Shown here piece after piece: positions 8,527 through 13,524 of a stretch of DNA of 13,524 nucleotides (position 1 is its first letter; each line of letters begins with the position of its first letter). The stretch is from the NCBI GenBank assembly GCA_051117555.1, contig JBNPEG010000090.1, positions 1 through 13,524 of the forward strand, written 5' to 3'. The position numbers and the translations under genes are program-made. The stretch is from Elainellaceae cyanobacterium (GTDB taxonomy: Bacteria; Cyanobacteriota; Cyanobacteriia; CAZCXK01). The notes below the pieces were generated by a model that saw only the letters and a list, made by a program, of their open reading frames with translations, made no database searches and was not told the origin of the DNA.

Positions 8527-8794
8527 GGCTAGTTCGGGATAATCCGAGTCGATTAAATGAGTCAGCTACATGAGTCAGCATGGCTGCTTGACCGGTAGCG
8601 TATCAGGAGACTATTCGATACGACAGCCGCATTTAGATAGATCTTGTTTAGTGGGTGTGATCCACCATACAAAATTGCGGTTTACATCAAAGTCGGCTCT
8701 GTTTAGATCCTCGGCTTCTGAGTCAGACCTCGGGAATGACGATCAGAGTTTCAACCAGACACCGGGAATCTGCCGGGGATCTGCCGGATTTCTT

Positions 8795-9412
8795 TTAATC
8801 ATCGTATTCCCGACATTCAGGTGCTTCTGGATGCTCGCGGCAATAGTCTTCAAACACTTGTCGAGAGGCAGATGTAGCCTGCGATCGCTGGTGAGACGAT
8901 TCTGCTTGGAGTTCTTCAACGGCATCCCAGGCAGCCGCACATTCAGGCGATTGAGCCCCCATCTCGGCGCAGATTGCGCGGGCGTCTTCGCGGGCAACTT
9001 CGATCTGATCTTCGATGAAAAGCTTTTTAGGATTCTCGACAAAATCGCTCTTGAGAATGTCGGTGATGGAAATAACGCCCAGCAATTCTCCCCGAATGAC
9101 GGGAGCACGACGAATGCCAGTCTGGGCGAACAGGCGGGCTACATATTCAACCCCCAGTTCAGGATTCACTACAATACAGGGTTTTGTCATAATTTGATAC
9201 ACTCGCATCGTTTTCGGGTCATGCCCGTATGCGGCTACTTTATAGACAATATCGGTTTCGGTCACGATGCCGTAGGGATCATTGGCATCGCGGCGATCGA
9301 CGATCAGCGATCGCAGCCCCTTTTCTTTCATCAACTGCACGGCGTCTGCTACCGTTGCTGACCCTCGAATGGTGACAACATTGCGGGTCATGATATCTTG
9401 CGCGTTCATCAT
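8795..9412 (-). CDS. CBS-pair / CP12 fusion protein
   Basis: Two CBS motifs (AQDIMTRNVVT..., IMTKPCIVV...RRAPV...GVISITD) followed by CP12: CAEMGAQSPEC, AWDAVEELQAE, YCREHPEAPECREYDD. Confidence 0.92.
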   Translation of the reverse strand: MMNAQDIMTRNVVTIRGSATVADAVQLMKEKGLRSLIVDRRDANDPYGIVTETDIVYKVAAYGHDPKTMRVYQIMTKPCIVVNPELGVEYVARLFAQTGIRRAPVIRGELLGVISITDILKSDFVENPKKLFIEDQIEVAREDARAICAEMGAQSPECAAAWDAVEELQAESSHQRSQATSASRQVFEDYCREHPEAPECREYDD

Positions 9413-9511
9413 GGCAGGTTTGTCTCCAAATCACGATAGATGCGATCGCTCTCGGAATCAGTTTATCCTGTTAACGTATAGGTTCATGGTTCTTAACACA
9501 CAGCTTCTTCT

Positions 9512-10381
9512 ATGACGTGCATAATCAATCGCCGCGCTCAATTCTCTGCTAGCCATCGCTATTGGTTACCAGAACTGAGCGACGCAGAAAATGCCAAGCA
9601 GTTTGGACTCTGTGCCCGCGCACCGGGTCATGGTCATAATTATGTGCTTTACGTCTCAATGGAAGGAGACCTTGATGAGTATGGCATGGTGCTCAACCTC
9701 TCCGATGTGAAGCACATCATTAAGCGAGAGGTCACCAGTCAACTCGATTTCTCGTACTTAAATGATGTTTGGGACGAGTTTCAGCAAACATTACCCACAA
9801 CGGAAAACCTGGCACGGGTCATTTGGAAACGACTTGCGCCTCATCTTCCGTTGGTTCGCATTCAGCTTTTTGAACATCCAGAACTTTGGGCAGACTACAA
9901 AGGAAACGATATGGAAGCCTACCTCACCATTAGCACCCACTTCAGCGCCGCACATCGCCTCGCGTTGCCGCATCTCAGCCTAGACGAAAACTTCGAAATC
10001 TATGGCAAGTGTGCTCGCGTTCATGGGCACGGGCATAACTATCATCTAGAAGTCACCATCAAAGGCGAAATGGCCCCGCGCACGGGCATGATTGCTGATT
10101 TGGTAGAGTTTCAAAATGCCGTTGACGAGCACGTCGTAGACCCGTTTGACCACACCTTTTTGAACAAAGATATTCCGTATTTTGAAACAGTCGTTCCTAC
10201 AGCAGAAAATATCGCCATTCACATCCGCGATTTGCTGGAAAACCCTATTCGCCAAATTGGTGCTCAGCTTTATAAGGTGAAGCTCATCGAAAGCCCGAAT
10301 AATTCCTGTGAAGTCTACGGCGCGGCGGCAACTTCAACTCCTAACGCTATGCAAACCCCCGAATTTGCTAATGTTTCATAG
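9512..10381 (+). CDS. queD: Two-domain 6-carboxytetrahydropterin / 6-pyruvoyl-tetrahydropterin synthase (QueD/PTPS tandem)
   Basis: Two T-fold domains: FSASHRY...CARAPGHGHNY...PTTENLA and FSAAHRL...CARVHGHGHNY...PTAENIA. Confidence 0.9.
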   Translation: MTCIINRRAQFSASHRYWLPELSDAENAKQFGLCARAPGHGHNYVLYVSMEGDLDEYGMVLNLSDVKHIIKREVTSQLDFSYLNDVWDEFQQTLPTTENLARVIWKRLAPHLPLVRIQLFEHPELWADYKGNDMEAYLTISTHFSAAHRLALPHLSLDENFEIYGKCARVHGHGHNYHLEVTIKGEMAPRTGMIADLVEFQNAVDEHVVDPFDHTFLNKDIPYFETVVPTAENIAIHIRDLLENPIRQIGAQLYKVKLIESPNNSCEVYGAAATSTPNAMQTPEFANVS

Positions 10382-10452
10382 ATGGGGTTTGTATCACGCC
10401 TTCGTTTCAAACAGCGTCCGAATTTCATACCCTCCTGCTAACGTCTTGATCG

Positions 10453-11736
10453 TCACCCGTCATCCTTTAGCTGAGCCTGGCTCTTGTCGACATACCATTG
10501 GGCGATCATCTGGGTCGTTCCCCCCATTGCCAGTCCACCCACTATCGCTAGAAGCAATATTCCAAAAAGTCCTAGAAGCTCTTGCATACGAGGAACCAGC
10601 ACTAGGCCAATGGTGAGCATGGCCGTTATCAGCACCATACTCATAAAAGTAATCATTTGCTGATAGCGTTTGGGATTTGCCAACGGAAAGAACCATAGAC
10701 GAGTGATTAGACCAACGACCAGCCCATTGATGATTCCGGTTAAACTACCCGTCGCCAGTCCCAACAGCATCATGGAAAGGGGACTGACGTCTAATCCCCC
10801 TATCATCGCTACGGCACCACACACTAGACCCGCCAGCGCTCCGGCCCCTATGCTGCGATAGAGCGCATTGCCTAAAAGACGCTGAGTAGTCATGGCACTG
10901 TTTTGCAGTTGCGCCCAGCGAGGGTGATCTAGCGCGTTGCGTGCCTGCTCAACCGACGCAAGGCGATGGGAGAGAGTCGGCTCGACCATGCACGCCAGCC
11001 ATGCCGTGAAATTGTCACTTAGATTGACATATGGCTTAAACTGGAGCCTCAGATTTTTCTGGGGCAACTCTGCCGGATGTTTGCCCGTTGCCAGGGCGAT
11101 CGCCACTGCACCCACACTATACAAATCAGAGGCTGGAACTGCCTGTCCACCACACTGTTCAGGTGGCAGGTAGCCGTAGGTTTCTACCCCAGTCACGGTT
11201 CGTCCTGCTTTGCTGGCTAGGGTCTGAACCGAACTCAGATCAACGAGATACACCTGATCAATTCGCGCGTCTGCCGTTGCGGTCATCAGAATATTACTAG
11301 GTTTGATATCTCGATGAATCACGGGCGGAATGCGGTGATGCAGGTAATCGAGGATGTCTAGCAATGCCCTCACAATCTGCTTGATGTCTCCTTCGCTAAA
11401 GATACATCCGGCTTTCAAATAATCGTCTAACGACTTTGCGTCGATGTAGCTCTGAACGAGGGCATATCCCTTGCGGGTAGGGGTATCAATTTCAAAGGCA
11501 TCTAGATAGCGAGGAATACCAGGGTGCAACAAGCTTTTTAACGTTTCGGCTTCTTGTTCAAACAGCTTCAGATCATCCCCGTCTAGAGTAGTGTCAACGG
11601 TGAGTCGCTTGATGATCACCTGCTGACGGGTGTGTTCATCTTGGGCTAAAAACGTTTCGTGTCCGGCTTGTTTGCTGAGCCTCAACAGGAGATGATACCG
11701 ATTGCCTAGCTGCTCTGAATGGGGGGAGTCTACCAC
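10453..11736 (-). CDS. Membrane-anchored Hanks-type Ser/Thr protein kinase
   Basis: VIIK, FEQEAETL, HPGIPRYLD, HRDIKPSNIL, TYGYLPPEQ, SDLYSVG, with about 4 C-terminal hydrophobic helices. GTG start. Confidence 0.9.
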   Translation of the reverse strand: MVDSPHSEQLGNRYHLLLRLSKQAGHETFLAQDEHTRQQVIIKRLTVDTTLDGDDLKLFEQEAETLKSLLHPGIPRYLDAFEIDTPTRKGYALVQSYIDAKSLDDYLKAGCIFSEGDIKQIVRALLDILDYLHHRIPPVIHRDIKPSNILMTATADARIDQVYLVDLSSVQTLASKAGRTVTGVETYGYLPPEQCGGQAVPASDLYSVGAVAIALATGKHPAELPQKNLRLQFKPYVNLSDNFTAWLACMVEPTLSHRLASVEQARNALDHPRWAQLQNSAMTTQRLLGNALYRSIGAGALAGLVCGAVAMIGGLDVSPLSMMLLGLATGSLTGIINGLVVGLITRLWFFPLANPKRYQQMITFMSMVLITAMLTIGLVLVPRMQELLGLFGILLLAIVGGLAMGGTTQMIAQWYVDKSQAQLKDDG

Positions 11737-11802
11737 CGGAATTGCCCGTCAAGAAAGGGTCGCCTATAGTCTGGCAAATCTTGGGGCAAACGCCCATATT
11801 CA

Positions 11803-12690
11803 TTACGAGCAAAAATTTAAGATCTGGTGAGCCACCTCGTGCGACTTTTCTAAATGGGGCACATGTCCGCAGTTTTCGAGCCAAATCAGCTTGCTGTCAG
11901 GAATTGCCGTTTCAAATTTCTCGGCATCGGCTGTGCCCAAAATTTTGTCGTTTCGTCCCCAGAGAATTAGAGTCGGCTGCTGGATTTGGGCGATCGCCTC
12001 TGGGGTCAACACGTTATAGCCGCCACCTTTTGTAAATGCAATCATTGCCCGACTCCAGTCTGGGGATGCAAGATGAAGCGCAGCACAGCGGGCAGCATCT
12101 ACAGTGGCAAAGGTTTTATCAAAATAGGCGGCTTTGCTAATCTCCTGCCGAACCTTTGGATTCTTCAAAAACTCGGTCGCCAGGAAACCTAGGGGCGGAA
12201 TTAGGAATCTACCCATATTTGGCCCATTGGCAGGCCCAGCGCTGTCGAGTAAGACCAGTGTTTCAACTAAATCGGGGTGGGTGAGCGCAAAATCAATCGC
12301 AACGGCTCCCCCCATGGAGGCTCCGATGAGCATCACAGGCTTATTGATTAGCGTTTTCCAGGTGTGAAAAAGATGGAGCTTAATTTCTGCGGCACTAAAC
12401 GTTAAACCAGCCCGTCGTTCAGTAAAGCCAAAGCCCAGCAGATCAACAGCCCAAGTTTCGTGATGCTCGGCTAATAGCGGCATCAGCCGACGAAATTCTA
12501 TCAGGGAGCTATCAAAGCCATGCAGTAACAAGATGGCAGGTTCACCGACTCCTTGATGAACATAGCTGGTCAGGATCGGCTGATCGCTGAGAGGAGTGGC
12601 GATCGCCTCCTGCTGAATCTGCTGAGCTAGAGCGATCGATGCTGCTTCCGTGAGCTGTTGGGCAGTTGATGGGAGAAATTTGGGGAACAT
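11803..12690 (-). CDS. Alpha/beta fold hydrolase
   Basis: LLHGFDSS oxyanion motif, VDLLGFG, nucleophile GASMGG, ILWGRNDKIL, CGHVPHLE. ATG 12690 (MFPKFLP) preferred over 12714. Confidence 0.92.
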   Translation of the reverse strand: MFPKFLPSTAQQLTEAASIALAQQIQQEAIATPLSDQPILTSYVHQGVGEPAILLLHGFDSSLIEFRRLMPLLAEHHETWAVDLLGFGFTERRAGLTFSAAEIKLHLFHTWKTLINKPVMLIGASMGGAVAIDFALTHPDLVETLVLLDSAGPANGPNMGRFLIPPLGFLATEFLKNPKVRQEISKAAYFDKTFATVDAARCAALHLASPDWSRAMIAFTKGGGYNVLTPEAIAQIQQPTLILWGRNDKILGTADAEKFETAIPDSKLIWLENCGHVPHLEKSHEVAHQILNFCS

Positions 12691-12837
12691 GAATTTTAGT
12701 GTAACCCTAATCAATCTTTTATGAAATTAGGATTTGACGGCTTGATATTCAAACAAACTGCACAGGCAGATCTGTCTAGTTGCGGATCTAGTTGCTGAAT
12801 AGACCAATGTTTTGTCTGAATGGAGCAGCAGGGATAC

Positions 12838-12954
12838 TTACGTGTGCATCATACCTGCATTCAGCCCTATCAAATGCCATACTGTTTCCTCGAAATTGTC
12901 CTTTTCGACGTTCAGTTCTATAGTCGTACGCTCTCGCGTTAGGACGTTGAACAT
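12838..12954 (-). CDS. Putative 38-aa small protein
   Basis: ATG ORF MFNVLTRERTTIELNVEKDNFEETVWHLIGLNAGMMHT in otherwise empty sequence, co-oriented with the hydrolase; no recognised homolog. Confidence 0.35.
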   Translation of the reverse strand: MFNVLTRERTTIELNVEKDNFEETVWHLIGLNAGMMHT

Positions 12955-13300
12955 GTGTGAGCGCAGGGGCTCACCACACAAACCTGAGCCTGTAGGACTA
13001 TATCGACAGAAATGCTTCAAGAAAGCGCTTATTTTCCTCTCCGACTCCCATATTTATTGAATCTTTATGGAACTGTGACTTAATAGTATCGTCAAGTGTG
13101 ATAGAGACGCTCAATGAAACAGTCTGGCATACAATCATGATGCATGTACCCAATCGTAGGTGATCGCTTGTCTTAAAACTACCGACAACTATTTTCACAC
13201 GCCCAGTTAAACGCATCATGCTCGATGGTTTAGCAGTATTCAGTCAAAACTGCTTGCCTGCGGCCCAACGATAGTTAGTTCTTTCTGAGACAAAAAGCCT

Positions 13301-13480
13301 ATGGAAATCACCATAAAGCCCCTAAAAATGAGCAATCAAGCGAGACTGTGTCTCGTAATTCCGCTAGGTAACGGAATGAAAGTTCAGTATCCCGTTCACA
13401 ATGAAGCAGAGGCTAAAGCACGGTACGAAGAGTATCAGCAATGGAATGCCAATGCTGCATCCGTGGTAGCTCATCCTTAA
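13301..13480 (+). CDS. Putative 59-aa small protein (just below the track cutoff)
   Basis: MEITIKPLKMSNQARLCLVIPLGNGMKVQYPVHNEAEAKARYEEYQQWNANAASVVAHP*, with a beta-hairpin plus amphipathic helix pattern. Confidence 0.55.
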   Translation: MEITIKPLKMSNQARLCLVIPLGNGMKVQYPVHNEAEAKARYEEYQQWNANAASVVAHP

Positions 13481-13524
13481 TCGCCATCCTAAGGTCACAT
13501 TAGATCAGCGGATCGATCTCGATT

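Larger units (their letters stand above)
84..12606. repeat. Dispersed HIP1 octamers (GCGATCGC), about 22 copies
   Basis: Read by eye at 84, 788, 946, 1767, 2759, 3110, 3469, 3834, 4843, 4900, 5432, 5552, 6054, 6149, 7978, 8336, 8881, 9307, 9442, 11096, 11990 and 12599. Fewer than one copy is expected by chance. This is a cyanobacterial hallmark. Confidence 0.95.

Noticed and set aside
8570..9361. 263-aa + strand ORF
   Set aside because: Antisense shadow of the well-supported CBS-CP12 gene; Ser/Arg/Phe-rich with no motifs
4549..10381. tRNA-modification cluster (mnmD with queD)
   Set aside because: About 4 kb apart with unrelated opposite-strand genes between them; likely coincidental
1796..12795. 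Short tandem repeats as CRISPR remnants or one repeat family
   Set aside because: Units are 11-16 bp, have no spacers, are unrelated to each other, and no cas genes are present
12812..13219. Track ORFs 12812..13060 (+) and 12998..13219 (-)
   Set aside because: Atypical composition, no motif or RBS, and they overlap the more plausible 38-aa ORF or its leader

Overview
Gene-dense cyanobacterial chromosomal window (about 22 exact HIP1 GCGATCGC octamers). In order: a + strand intrinsic terminator; a fused pyrF-pyrE gene broken by one in-frame TAA; a GNAT-like protein; an aldo/keto reductase; an internally deleted CPBP/CAAX protease remnant; mug DNA glycosylase; an MnmC-type (MnmD) methyltransferase overlapping a sucrose-phosphate synthase whose SPP-like domain has lost its catalytic aspartates; a membrane protein; a CBS-CP12 fusion divergent from a two-domain QueD/PTPS; a membrane Ser/Thr kinase with DFG changed to DLS; an alpha/beta hydrolase; and two small divergent ORFs in an AT-richer end region. 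No rRNA, tRNA, CRISPR array or transposase is evident, and I see no clearly new multi-gene system. The most notable items are the two gene lesions, the degenerate catalytic motifs, the small ORFs and several short phased intergenic repeats.
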